Shown: one piece after another, positions 1-26,720 of the stretch
Layout of the letters: the number at the start of each line of letters is the position of its first letter
Position numbering within the stretch: the first letter of the stretch is position 1
Origin: the human T2T-CHM13v2.0 reference genome, Homo sapiens
Length of the DNA stretch: 64,000 bases
Direction: 5' to 3' (one strand)
NCBI RefSeq assembly: GCF_009914755.1
Contig: NC_060928.1
Position numbers and translations under genes: made by a program
Notes under the pieces: model-generated
Database searches by the model: none
The model's input: the letters and a program-made list of their open reading frames with translations, nothing else
Told to the model about the DNA's origin: nothing

Positions 1-438
1 TTCCAGGTACTTTACACCGGGAAGGGAAGATCGCCTCAGGTGAGCATGCGCATGCTCCAGTAAACACACTACGCATGCTCCCTCCCAAGTGCTAGCAGGC
101 CAGTGTGTGTGCAGGCAGCCCACCCCAAGGGAGGAATTGGGAGAAGGGACGCGAGGCCCTGAAGTATGCCAACACCTAGAACCCTACATCAGAGGCCGGA
201 TGGGGCACTTGCCTCTCGAGTTGCCCACTTGGCCTCTTCCAAGTGCACTTTCCTTCCTTTTGTTTCTGCTCTAGAGCTTTGTAATGAACTTCCACTCCTG
301 TTCTAAAACTTGCCTCAGTCTCTTCTTCTGCCTTATGGCCTTTGGTCAGATTCTTTCGTCTGAGGAGGCAATAATTGAGGCTGCTGCAGACACATACGGA
401 TTCGCCACCGGCAACTCAGGTACCTGCCACCGGCAACA
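1..438 (+). mobile_element. ERV1 LTR, MER50-like (3' part; runs off window start)
   Basis: Resembles the recalled MER50 consensus (ctccagtaaacacact..gcatgctcc..gaggaggcaa.aattgagg.tgctgcagac...ggattcgcc..cggcaaca); lies in the last intron of FAM193A. Confidence 0.6.
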
Positions 439-444
439 GGCTCG

Positions 445-2248
<1,804 letters not shown>

Positions 2249-2417
2249 CCTGATAATTTAAGGGCGCTCACAGCTCTCAGATTAAACGTTTCTTTTCTTT
2301 CTCAGGACTCCTTCCGCCCACCCATTCCTCCTCCCGAGTCCTTTCCCCTTCTCAAGTGCAGCCTGTAGCAGGGCCTGGAGGGGACCCTTGACACTGTGCC
2401 CCTCACCGAGAATCTAA

Positions 2418-2627
<210 letters not shown>

Positions 2628-3305
2628 ATGAGGACTCCCTGGAGAGGGACACGCGAGAGGCAGGCCAGGCTGCACCACCCCAAGAGCCACGCCCCTCGCT
2701 GGCGCCCCAGAGCCGTGGTGCTTGCCAAGGGCTGTGCGGAGCTGGTGCTGCCTGAAACCCCAGACCGAGAAGTTGATGCTCGGCCCACGCCGTTAGCTCG
2801 TGTGCGTGTAGTCTGTGCGTGAGACTCCTTCGATTGTAGCTCTGTGCTGTCGGATTGGAACAGTAGTTCCCGCCAAGTCCTCCCACCACCGCGGCCTCGG
2901 AGGCCTGGGCCGTGGCCAGATAGGAGTTTGCATCATCCACGTGGCTCCGTTGCCTCTGCATTGCGCCCTGTCCTGTCATGTGTCCTCACCGGGGTATCGG
3001 CCGTCACTCAGCTCTCCTGTGCCCCTGCGTCTCACCCTAGGCGGGCTGGGCGGGGCAGGCCTCCTTTGTTCTCCACAATCTACTGTCTCCGAGTGTACAC
3101 GTTGCGCTGTTTGTGTTTGATCCCCCTGACTTGTAGCCAGCTTGTGTAAGATCCCTTGCAGAACGAGAAAGTTAAAAACAAGCCCACCCAGTACTCACAC
3201 CATCAAGTCTGTTATAGAGTGTACGACTGTATTAACACGGAGGCCTGCCTGGCTACTTTTTTAACATATTGTTAAGTAATATTAAAATCATGTCTTTCTT
3301 TTTGA
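2628..3305 (+). other. FAM193A: FAM193A 3' UTR with ATTAAA poly(A) signal at 3281-3286
   Basis: Repeat-free sequence after the stop; ATTAAA followed by U-rich tgtctttctttttg; the cleavage site is an estimate. Confidence 0.7.
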
Positions 3306-4854
3306 AAGATGGAATACATTAGTACAGCAGGAGACCTCGGCTGCTTCTTTCTGCTGGGGGAGTGGGGGGATAGCGGGAGAGGGCGTGTAGGTGATGTGTC
3401 CGCCATGGGGAGCCAGGGCACCACCCCGGAGCAGGTCCCAGGTCTCTCCAGGCAACGGCTCACCCATCCTGGTGCCCCCACCATCCTCTGTGTGCCAGGC
3501 AGAGCAGGCAGCAGGAGACAGAAAGCTCCCAAGGAGCTGCATCCTGGTTACTTCTTACTACCTAGAACACTCAGTAGCTCCCACTTCTCCCAGCCTCATG
3601 TTCAGCCTGTCTCTGTGTGCCCTATCAGAGTATGACTTCACTCTGAGTGAAGGTGAATAGGGCAGGGCCTGGTTGGGGAGAGGGTAGGGAGAGCCAGCTT
3701 CTGGAGGTATTCGGACGATGAGGCCACAGGATTTCCTGGTGGACAGGATGCAGGTAGGAGAAAGAGGTGAAGACCTGCGCTGTGTGCCTGGAGGTGGGAC
3801 TGGAGACCAGTTCTGGATGGTGAGTCTGGGATGTCCACCGGCCACCCAGGTGAGAGGTCTGGAACTGGGGACTGCTGTTCATGGACAGAGCCTGTGTGAG
3901 GGCCCTGCAGGGGTGAGTAGATGGGATGGGGGCCCGAGCTGTGGAACCAGGAAGGCAGAGGAGGGTGAGGAGGCTTCGAGGCAGGTCAGGGGAGACAAGG
4001 CCCAGGGCACCCCCACCCAGGCACCGGTTTGCAGGAGAATGAGGTGGGGACAGCAGGTCCTAGAACTCTGGAGATTGCACGAAAGCTGGAAAAGGGTCAC
4101 CAACCAGGGGAGGTGCAGCACGACGAACTTTCCTCACTTGTTTTTTTTTCCAGGTGTGAGGAAGAGAACGTTCCTTTGTTCGTGGGATGATAGGGCAGAG
4201 AGTGAAGCAGGTCAGGCCATGACCACGGCAACAGTAGTGTCCTTGAAACCCCAGTGCAGGCCCCCGGGACTCCAGCCGCTGCCTCTTCTGGCTGCGGTGG
4301 TGGCTGGGGAAAGGCCCAGGCCCGGGCCTCGCCCTATGGGGAAGCTGCCTGCCCAGGCCCCCAGTACCTGCCCTGCTCTCCCCATGGACAGCCTTTAACA
4401 CTGTGCTGAACCATGCCTGTTGCTGAGGGGAACTGCACAGCCCTGAGTGGTGATGGGGAACTCTGGGTGCCCCGACACACTAAGCATCATGCTGGGACCT
4501 AGAGACCCTCAGACGCCCACCGCACATGCCCAGTTCTGGGCACTCCCATCACCTCCATGGCAACCCTGCCTGCGGCTTCACAGCTCTGCCCGCTCTGGCC
4601 CCTGACCTGCACCTGCTAGCTTTGGCCCTCAGGCTCCCAGCCATTGTCCTGGCCATGCCCTTGCCAGGAAGGATCTTCCTCTATTTCCCTGGAAACCACT
4701 CATCCTTCCAGCATCCCAGGGTGCTTATAGGACATCCAGCTCCAGGGTCCCTGACTTGATGGGAGCCCCTGGGGTTCCTGATGACATCACTTCCCTGTGG
4801 GGGAGGGTGGGGCCGCCATAGGGGAGCCTCACATTTTTGACTCACACAGTAGCA

Positions 4855-5081
4855 CAGGGTGAGTATCCCTTATCCCTTATCTGGCATCCTCAGTACCAGA
4901 AGTGTGTCCAGTTTCAGACTTTTTTGGATTTGGAGTATTTACATCATGCTTACCAATTGAGCATTTCTAATCCAAAAATCTGAAATCCAAAATGCTCCAA
5001 TGAGCATTTCCTTGGAGCATCATCTTAACACTCAAAAGGATTTGAATTTTGGAACCTTTCGGGTTAGGCATACTCAACCTG
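4855..5081. mobile_element. Tigger4a (MER46A) non-autonomous TcMar-Tigger DNA transposon
   Basis: Terminal inverted repeats CAGGGTGAGTAT...ATACTCAACCTG followed by TA; internal aaatccaaaatgctccaatgagcatttcc. Confidence 0.8.
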
Positions 5082-5679
5082 TAATAGTCATGAAATGAAA
5101 CAATAACAATAGTTAGAAAGGAAACTTTAACAGTGAACAGTTGTATTGAGAAGCTTACTGTTTTCTGCACCCTCAGCTCTGAGCCCTGCTCAGAGATTTT
5201 GCCTGGGTAGAGAAACAGGCAGTAAAACAGATAGCTCCTAATCTCTTCCCAAAGAAACTGACTTTGTTTGCAACAAAGAATGAAGAGGTTCAAGCCTGAA
5301 GGCACTCAGAAACAGTGGAGGCCATGAAACCCTGGGAAGAGAGACAAGATGCAGGCTCAGCTACAGGCCAGATAGTTTGCAGGAGGTAACTGAAGAAAAG
5401 AGCTGGGAGAAGGCATCCAGGGGTCAGAAGGAATATCACACAGTGTTCCCAGAAACTCTCTCTTCAAAGGAGTCAGAATTTGATTGGATTTGTTTGTAGA
5501 GCATGGTGCCCCAGGGCATTGTTGAAAACAATAGAATTGGCAATTAGTGGTTTAATGAATGTGGTCAGGGAAAGAGGAAGAGAACTCTACCAAAATGACT
5601 GTCATCCCAGGGTGACTGTGGGCATACGCAAAGCTACACACCCTGAGGAGCAACATCATAGCTGGAATACTAGTGGGTA

Positions 5680-11848
<6,169 letters not shown>

Positions 11849-12281
11849 CATGATGGTTAATACTGAGTGTCAACTTGATTGAAGGATAGGAAGTATTGAT
11901 CTGGGTGTGTCTGTGAGGGTGTTGCCAAGGAGATTAACATTTGAGTCAGTGGGCTGGGGAAGGCAGATCCACCCTCAATCGGGGTGGGCACCATCTAATC
12001 AGCTGCCAGCGTGGCCAGAATAAAGCAGGCAGAAAAATGTGAAAAGAGAGACTGGCCTGGCCTCCCAGCCTACATCTTGCTCCGTGCTGGATGCTTCCTG
12101 CCCTTGAACATAGGACTCCCAAGTTCTTCAGTTTCGGAACTCGGGACTGGCTCTCCTTGTTCCTCAGCCTGCAGACGGCCTATTGTGGGAACTTGTGATC
12201 GTGTGAGTTAATACTTGACACACTCCCCTTTATATATCTATCTGTTCCATTAGTTCTGTCCCTCTAGAGAACCCTAATACA
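11849..12281 (+). mobile_element. MLT2A (HERV-L) 3' LTR
   Basis: Follows the PPT directly; tgatggttaatactgagtgtcaacttgattg...ctagagaaccctaataca matches the recalled MLT2A1/A2 ends. Confidence 0.88.
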
Positions 12282-12409
12282 GCCAGGCTCCCACTGACCC
12301 CCTTGTCTTGGTGCCCTGGCAGAAGGCAACAGCAGGAGTGTTTTCCCATGCCAGCTGCTGTAAATACTGTTCAGTCCCTGCACCCCAGCTTCCAACACAA
12401 ATTCTCAGA

Positions 12410-13006
12410 GCAGTCACAGCAGCAAGAACGTTTATTATAAAAATAGGTGAATAAAGTAAGTGTGCTTTAACTTCCGGCTGGATGACAAATGCTACTGAAA
12501 TGCAGTTTCTCAGTGCAGACATGTGGCTCGCAATGGCGGGGGTGGCCACCCTAGTGTGACGTGCAGCCGCAATACTCCATTTGACTGGTTCGAGGCAGAG
12601 AGGCGACGCTTTATTCCATAGAACAGGATGGGGCTCCCACCCTGGGGACCATACAAGTGACTCCCTCAGGCAGCCACCCCTTTCTAGGCAGGCTGGGGGA
12701 GGGGCTGGCACACCAGCACCAGATAGCTCTGGCTTAAGCCTGATGGAGACACAGACTGGGACCTCCCTCTGCCAGATGTTCCTGACCCCATCTCCACCTC
12801 CAGCCTCCAGCCTCACTGGCAGTTCCCTGTGACCCAGCCTGTTCCATAGCCAAAGGGACCAAAGTGAACGATCAGAGTGCCCCGCAACTATTCTAGGGGC
12901 CTTGGCTCTCAGTAGAGCTCAACCCATGGCATCTGAGAGCACCCACCCTGTCCCTGAGGGCAGCTGCACCGGGCCAGGAGGCCGCAAGGGCACGGGTGAG
13001 TCTCGG
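12410..13006 (-). other. TNIP2: TNIP2 3' UTR with AATAAA signals at 12610-12615 and 12431-12436
   Basis: tttatt on the + strand at both positions downstream of the stop; the 3' end is an estimate. Confidence 0.75.
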
Positions 13007-13270
13007 TCACTGGCAGCACTCGGCCACATGCCTGAGGAGCTCTTCCCCTTGCTCGTCACTGAAGCACTGCAGGCAGTGAGGGCACTGAAGGTCCCCCTGG
13101 CCTCTCTGGGCCGCGCCAGGATGCCCGCCCTCTGCAGGGGGTTCTGGCTGCTGGGACCCAGTCCCAGGCCTCCAGCCACCAGGCACCATAAGCTCTAATG
13201 CGTCGGCGGCCAAATACTTGGCAGTTTTGCTCCCAGCGTGAATCCGGCCGGCGTCTGGCTCTCGAGAATC
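13007..13270 (-). CDS. TNIP2: TNIP2 exon 6 (DSREPDAG...[27 protein letters not shown]), C-terminal NEMO-like CCHC zinc finger
   Basis: Acceptor ttttctccag|GAT; stop TGA; 87 codons plus stop. Confidence 0.96.
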   Translation of the reverse strand, partial: DSREPDAGRIHAGSKTAKYLAADALELMVPGGWRPGTGSQQPEPPAEGGHPGAAQRGQGDLQCPHCLQCFSDEQGEELLRHVAECCQ

Positions 13271-15136
13271 CTGGAGAAAAGGCAAGGGTGTATATACGTG
13301 GGCTGTGCTGACGGTCACAAAGCCAGGTCTCAGGTTCCAGCAACCAGAGGCACTTCACCTATCCCTGAGCGGAACTTCAGCCCCTCACTTTGCTTCCTGC
13401 TGCGCCCCAGAGCCCAGACAAGGGGGCGCTCAGTGAATGACTGAGGATCACACACACGCTCCGTCATGTGCTCATGAAGAAGTAGGCCCTGGCGTGGTCC
13501 ACCCCCCAGCCCCTTGGTGGAAGTCCTGTTCAGTTGGACCTATTGGCCCCAGGAGACCTGACTGAGAAGGTGGCCCTGATGACGTGGCCCACAGGCCACC
13601 ACAGAGTGGAGGTGGCAGAGCCTCTGGTGGGGAGCTGGGCAAACTGAGTACCAACCCTACTCTGCACCTCCTCTGTGGGGCCTGGGGGTGCTGAGCACTC
13701 TGGGGCTCAGGGGGTCCTTCAGTAGCAGCAAGAGGTGTCCCTGGCTTGGCCCCACCAACCACCTGGCATGATCTGGCACATGTTCTCCAAACATCCGTCC
13801 TGAAGCACTGCAGCCTGTGGCCCTCACTGCTTGCCTGGGAACTTCATTCCAGCAGGCCTTGGTGCTTCCACTTCCTGTCTGAATGTGGACTTTCCCCAGT
13901 GGGACTACAGCTTATCACCCATGCCTTCAGCACCACTGTCCCTGGCTGTGCCATCTAGGGACTGAGCAACCCTCGAGGGGCCACAGGCTACTGTTGAAAG
14001 GGAACCAGAGGCCACTTAGTACAAGGTCTGCAGGCCCCACCAGGAACTTTACCCCCGGGGGTAAGAATCTGGGCCTGCAAGTCTGGAACCAGTTCATCTG
14101 GTCCAAAATCTTCAAGAGGCGGCCTGAGACCATCCTCACGATTGTACCAATAGTGCTCCTTCAATCCAAATCACATGCTTCCTTGAATTCATGAAGGCCA
14201 GAAAAACCTGTCCAGCCCTCTGCTGCAGACTTAGTCCCAGGGTTAGTCCCATAGTCCACCATGACTCTCCCGTGCCCTTCATGCGGAGGAGAAGCAGAAA
14301 CCACTGAGGCCCAGTGGCTGCTCGGAACAGGGCAGTGGGGGGTGGCCTCACAGCCCCAGGGTCCCTGTTCACACCCTGAAACACGGCTGACGTCCTAGCT
14401 CCAGCCCGGGACGCATCGATTCTCAAGAGGCATCACTACTGTTCAGTCTGTGCCAGGAGAGGAAGCTCTTTGAGTGGGGCCCAGGCTATTCCCAGGGCCA
14501 AAAGTGTGTTAGGTACTTGATGAGGAGCTACATAAACTTCTCCTGGATTTTTGCAGAGCACAAGTCAGTGAGGAGAAGGAAGAGGCCATGGGTCACACAC
14601 TGAGGAACTTCATCGGTTCCCATTCATGCCAGGCCTCCCTCAAGGCACCCCATGGTAGGAAAAGCACTGAGCCCAGGGGTGGGGTGAGGGGCCCCTGCCC
14701 TGCAAGGCCCAGCTCCACGTGCCAGGCTGAGCTGGGGATGTTACTGGACACCCAGGGCCATCACATCTACATGACAAGGTAAGCGGGGTTCCCGTCTCAC
14801 AGACAGGTCAGGACACGTAGGGAGCTCACACTTTGAGGCCCGAGATATGCTCTCTGACTGCATGACAGTGACGGACGGGCCCTGAGGACAGCCACCTCTG
14901 CTAAGACAGGCCGCCATGCCAGCCTCCTCCATAACTAAACAGTATAACAGGGAGGCTTTCCATGACCACGCCCAGGTACCAGGCCAGGTGGCTCTCCCCA
15001 CAGCAGGGAGGGGCTCGCCACAACCCTCATCACCAGCAAATCAGGGCCTTGGCAGACACAGAAAGGCTCTAATCTCATGAGAAGAGAAACAAAAACACTA
15101 AACCTAAGCAGGAAGAAAAACGCCCTCATACTCTAC

Positions 15137-15256
15137 CTGTCTCCAGGACACCTGGTGCAGCAAAGAGGCGACCTTTTCCTCCAGTTCTTGAATCCTACTT
15201 TGAGCCCGTTCCCGATCGGCCCTTTCTGACATGAAGTCATCCTTGTAAGCGAGAAT
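15137..15256 (-). CDS. TNIP2: TNIP2 exon 5 ([40 protein letters not shown]), UBAN/AHD2 DFxxER motif
   Basis: ctcttcag|ATT ... CAG|gtagag; 120 nt, phase 0. Confidence 0.96.
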
Positions 15257-15446
15257 CTGAAGAGAGGCGAGACACACATTTCTGCTCAAGGAAGGAGGAA
15301 GCGCCCCACCAGGCTTCTCCCACCCCCACCGTGACCACTGCCCACTCAGTGCCACCAAGCCTTCAGCCCAGCCTGTCCCATGATTTCGGCCACCACCGGC
15401 CAGCAGACATCTGGTCAGTGCCGTCCGGAGCCCGAGGGACAGACAC

Positions 15447-15695
15447 CTGCTGTTCCAGCATCTGCACCCGCTCCAACGCAGCATCCCGGGCCGTCCTGGA
15501 GGCCGCCAGCTCCTGCTTCACTTCGGCACAGTCATTTATTTTCTCTTCCAACTGTCTGTTGAGCCGGGAGATCTCCTTCCTCATCAGCTCGGGCTCGTGG
15601 GGGATCTGCAGCCCCCTGAGCTGCGCATGGAGCCCCCTCACGTATTCGTCCCTGCTGGCGTTGTAGCGCTGCCACTTGGCATTGAGGTCTTCAAC
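15447..15695 (-). CDS. TNIP2: TNIP2 exon 4 ([22 protein letters not shown]...ERVQMLEQQ)
   Basis: ctcttcag|GTT ... CAG|gtgtct; 249 nt, phase 0. Confidence 0.96.
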
Positions 15696-16195
15696 CTGAA
15701 GAGGTGGAGCCGGAAAGCTCACGGTGAAGGCAGCTGACAAAGCTGCTCAAGCCAGCACCCAGTGTGAATTATGTATTAGCAGTGATTCGCTGAGTGAGAG
15801 TTTCCTCTTAAATGGAAGCTGCCCCTCCCTGTTCTGTAGAGAGCAGACACTAGGCCCGCTAGAGAATCCTGAGGCAGCACGATGACACCCGTACGCAAGC
15901 AGCATGAACGGAGGTGGACTCGGTGCAGCTTTGCTGTCTTAGAAAATGGACCTCCTGCTGCTAACTCTTGCATCTCCTTTACTGACTTGTGGATTAATTT
16001 TAGGGGGATGGAGATGGACAGGACATGTCCCGTACGTCGTTTTAAGCAAAAAAGTCCAGTCTCTAGGGACTGTGTGTATCAAGTCCTAGTGGCCAGAGGG
16101 CGGGGGGCGACTCTGGGCATCAGCCAAGGAAAGAACCCTCACTTACAGTTTGTAAGCCATGTGTTCTTCTCAAACGAAATGTGAAAGACACTCAC

Positions 16196-16285
16196 GTGAG
16201 TCACCTTCTGTTTTAACAGTCGATTTTCTTCCTGCAACTTCTCAATAACACTCTGGACAGAGGTGTGCCCATCTGTGTGTTCCGA
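16196..16285 (-). CDS. TNIP2: TNIP2 exon 3 (SEHTDGHTSVQSVIEKLQEENRLLKQKVTH)
   Basis: catgcag|TCG ... CAC|gtgagt; 90 nt, phase 0. Confidence 0.95.
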
Positions 16286-18404
16286 CTGCATGAGGAAGGG
16301 ACAGAGAGAAGACACTCTGTCACATACAGCAAGAGGGGAGAAAGCTAGACCCAGAGGCTGAGGCCACAGATTATCACTGCGTCCCCCAGTGCAGCGGGTA
16401 GTGATCATTCATTTGGTAGAGAAGCAAAGCAGGGACAAGGGACCACCTTCTCCCTGCCCAGGCCCACCCCACCTGGCCCAGGCCAGAGCCCGGATGGGAG
16501 GTCTTCAGGCCACACCACCTTTCACACTGTCCTTATCCCGTCCCACCTACCAGTTTGAGCTGTTTGTCTTTTAAATATTTGGAATGTAAATATTCTAAAG
16601 CCATAATGTCTGCAGGGATTGGCACACCAGACATGATAAAGTCTTCTCATTGCCAGAGATTTGCCATTATCACAGACAGCAGGGAAGGCAGGAAGCTGAA
16701 TCCCATTGTAAACCAGAGGATCTCCAGTGAGGGGGCCCCCAGCTGCCCAGGGTGGGCCTGGCCATGCACCCTGCTTACCTCCTTTGGAGCCCATGACACT
16801 GTCCTGTCTGCAGACAATCGGGTTCAACCAGGTGATTCTGGACACAGCAATCTAACCTCTGCCCCACGCAGGGTCAGGAGTCACCGAAGCCACAACCCAA
16901 ACCAACCCCCACTAACAACTACAGAGCTGAATGAAAAGTCTCCTGAAACTCGTGTGTACCCTACAATTCTGACTGTATCTCAGTGACATAATTTTTGAGA
17001 ATTCCCCTCAAATGACAAAGGAAGTGCACGTCCTAACACAGCCTACACCGGGAAGCCCCGGGTGACTCAGCTGAGTTCAGGGCTGAGAAGTGACACTTAT
17101 TTAGAGACTGTGATGAGGGCCTACCCTGCCACTGGCCCCACCCCCGCCTCAGGCTCAACACTGTGTGTGGCTCCTTTCAAATCCCCAGAGGGAAATGACA
17201 CAGTGACTCAAAATCAGACCAGAACACCCTGCCTCCGCCCAGACGGCACTTTTCCTCTGGTTTCTGAATGCAGCTGTGTCCTCTCTGAGGTTCCCCGCCT
17301 GGAATCCACCCAGCTGAGGTGGGCAGTTCTCAGACCAACCTTCTCCCCAGTGGGCGCCTCGGTGAAGCTGCTGATGGGTGCGGGATGTACTGTCTGCCAC
17401 AGAACATCCCAGCGCGTGTGTTTCTGCATGAACCTTGGTGCTGCCTCAGAGAACTGCCTAGAAAGGACCCGAGCGAGAGGCCCTGTGCCCGGCAGTGCGA
17501 GTGAGATGGGGTCTCAGCCTAGGTGAGATGTGCACGGAGTGCCTCCATTCCCCTGCCTGCCACACACAGACCACCACAAGCACCAGCAAGATGGAAGGTG
17601 CCTGGCACACAGATGCCTTGGGCCACTGCTCCCCTACTTTTCTGCCTAGGAGCCCCCTGGTTTCTCCTGATGCTGAAACTCCCACGGTCCTTCTCTCTCC
17701 CACTAGACCCCACAGAGAGCTACAGCCCAGATCCAGCCTATCCTGGAGGTCCAGCGAACCCTTCTTTGGCCCTCACTGTCACTTGGTGCCGCTGCCCCCG
17801 GCCCTTGCTTTGATGATGAGGAGGCTGTGGCCCTGAGCCAGGTCTCCAAGCTTGCGGGAGGCCGTGCTGCTGGCAAGGACATGCCTAAAGCCAGCTTTGG
17901 AGATGGCGGTTCCAGCTGTGCCTGCATGCACTCAGACACACTGAGCCTGAAGAAGGCGGGCACTCACGGTCCTTCCAGGAGTTTGGGGTGTGGAACTGGA
18001 GGCACTCCCCATCCCCAGCAGTACCACCTGGCTCTGCTTCAGTTTCCTCGGATGGAGGATGTGACTACACTTCCTCCAGGCAGCTCTGCCACGCTCACCT
18101 CCTCCTCCTCATCCTCAGCTGAGGCAGATGAAAGCCAAGTGCCATCTCCCACCTGGGAGCGGGGTCGGCCACAGGCCTGGTGCTGGGCAGTGAGGTGGCT
18201 GCCTGCTTTCCTATTACATTTTGCATGTTCCATCATTTTAAAAGAAACCCTTGGATGAGTGAGCTTTGCCCCGTCAGCTGACTCTCGTTACTGAGAACAG
18301 AAGTGGGTTCTGGGGCGCCCCCCGACCTCTGTGATCAGGGGCCTGTAGGCGATGCTCCCAGCACACAGAGGTCTTCCCCACACTCTGCTTACACTGTGGC
18401 CTAC

Positions 18405-18695
18405 CTGGTCAGGACTTCTCTCCCCCACATTCCTTTGTGCATGCTGTCGTTCATCCAGACACTTGGCCAGATGCTGACACATGTGGGCGGTGGCGGTCAG
18501 CGTCCTCCGCAGCTGATGGGTCTCGTTGGCCAAGGAGCGGCACAGGACGTCACTGGCGGCCCGGGCGCGCTCCCCTTCTGCCATGCTCCTCCGTAGCAGG
18601 ACGACTTCCTTCTCTCGCTCGTGTTGGGGCTGGCTCAGCAGCTGCTGCATCTCCCTCTCTTTTTCTTCTAGTCGCTCAGTCAGCCTCTCAATTTC
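18405..18695 (-). CDS. TNIP2: TNIP2 exon 2 ([20 protein letters not shown]...VGERSPDQ), coiled coil
   Basis: ccacttag|GAA ... CAG|gtaggc; 291 nt, phase 0. Confidence 0.96.
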
Positions 18696-18836
18696 CTAAG
18701 TGGAAGATTTAAAAGCACAGTTTACTGAATTAAAAGAAGCAGTGTCAAGAGCAAATGTTCAGAAAGCAAAAGAAGACCTGGCGTGGATGCCCCATCACCA
18801 GACACAAACATACTCACTCAGAAGTTGGGCGTTTGA

Positions 18837-20060
<1,224 letters not shown>

Positions 20061-20084
20061 TGATGGGAAAGGTAGAAACTCCAC

Positions 20085-20519
20085 TGTGGTGGGTAACCCC
20101 AAAAAGATGTCCACAACCAAACCTCCCATTCCCCGGTATCTGGGAATGAAACCTTACTTAGAGATAGGGTCTTTGCAGATGTAATTAGTTAAGGTGGGGA
20201 CAAAATGGATTAGGACGGGACTGGTGTCCTTGTAAGCAGACAGAAGTCTGGACAGACACACAGAGAGAAGACGACCACGTGACAACAAAGATAGGAGTGA
20301 CGTCTTGTCTTGTGGATAAAGGCCAAGGAACACCAAGGATTGGTGGCCCCCACAGGAAGCTGAAGAGGCGAGGAAGGGTCCTTCCCTAGAACCTTGAGAG
20401 AGAGCCGATGCCTTGGTTTCTGGCTTCTGGCCTCTAGAACTGTGAAAGATTAAATTTCTGTTGCTTGAAGCCCCCCAGTTTGTGTTACTTTGTTACAGCA
20501 GCTCTAGGAAATTAACACA
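20085..20519 (+). mobile_element. MaLR solo LTR (MLT1B/C-like)
   Basis: atagggtctttgcagatgtaattagttaagg...tggcctctagaactgtga...ttgttacagcagc...aattaacaca. Confidence 0.75.
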
Positions 20520-20572
20520 CCCAACCCCAATTACTTCTTAAAGAATTTAAAAAGGTTCTTAAAATGACAATT

Positions 20573-25780
<5,208 letters not shown>

Positions 25781-25939
25781 TAGGATTTGTGTCCTTTATC
25801 AGACACGGGCTGCATTTGCCATTGCTCCCAGCATAGAGTTGAAGCGCCACTAGTGAAAGACACATGCATGGGTGAGGGCTGGAAGGGACTCTAGAACACA
25901 ATATGAGTACACGACCTTGGACCCAAGACACACATGTGT

Positions 25940-26150
25940 GCGTACACACACACACCATACACACCCCTCAGAATGTGTCTCCCGCACACACACCTCAAAA
26001 CACCCCTAAGAACCAACCGGAACATACACACTACACAATACACACAGAATACACACAGCATACACACACCCCCCTCGGAATGTGTTCCCACACACGAACC
26101 TCAAAATACCCCTAAGAGCCCACCTGAACATACACCACACACACACAGAA
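25940..26150. repeat. CA-rich low-complexity repeat
   Basis: Interrupted (CA)n with recurring cccct.agaa motifs. Confidence 0.8.
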
Positions 26151-26159
26151 CCCAAGAAC

Positions 26160-26720
26160 TGCACCAACCCCCCTCCTCAGAACCCAGTGCCTCCTCACCA
26201 TCCCCCCAGGACCCAGTGCCCTCCCAACCCCCCAGGATCCAGCATTCGCTTATCCCCTTCAGAACCTTGCACCCTCACCCCGCAGGACCCAGAGCCCCCT
26301 CACCTCCACCAGCACCTGGTGACGCCTCAAACCCCCCAGGACCCAGCACACCTCAGCCCGTGGTGTCCCCTTATCCCACTCAGGACCTGGTCCCCCTCTC
26401 TCCCCTAGGACCCAGGGTCCCCTCACCCCCCAGAAGCTGTTGCCCTATCACCCCCAGGACCCGACGGCCCCTTACCCCCAGGACCTAGTGTCCCCTCAAC
26501 CCCAGGACCCGGCACCCCCTCAACCCCCAGGACCTGATGCTCCCCCAACCCCTCAGGAGCCGGGGCCCCCTCACCCCCAGGACCCGGCACCCCCTCAACT
26601 CCCAGGACCTGGTGCTCCCCCAACCCCTCAGGACCCGAGGCCAACTCAACCCCAGGACCCAGTACCCCCTCAACCCCTCAGGACCCGGGGCCCGCTCGCT
26701 CACCCACCCAGGACCCGGCG
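26160..26720. repeat. Degenerate ~25-bp C-rich minisatellite (unit ~CCCCCAGGACCCGGCACCCCCTCAA) at the start of TNIP2 intron 1
   Basis: CAGGACC recurs about every 24-27 nt, most regularly over 26450-26720. Confidence 0.85.

Noticed and set aside
3718-4398. 226-aa ORF downstream of FAM193A, and similar 190-240-aa ORFs at 58696-63418
   Set aside because: GC-rich intergenic sequence with no recognisable homology or supporting splice structure; expected by chance
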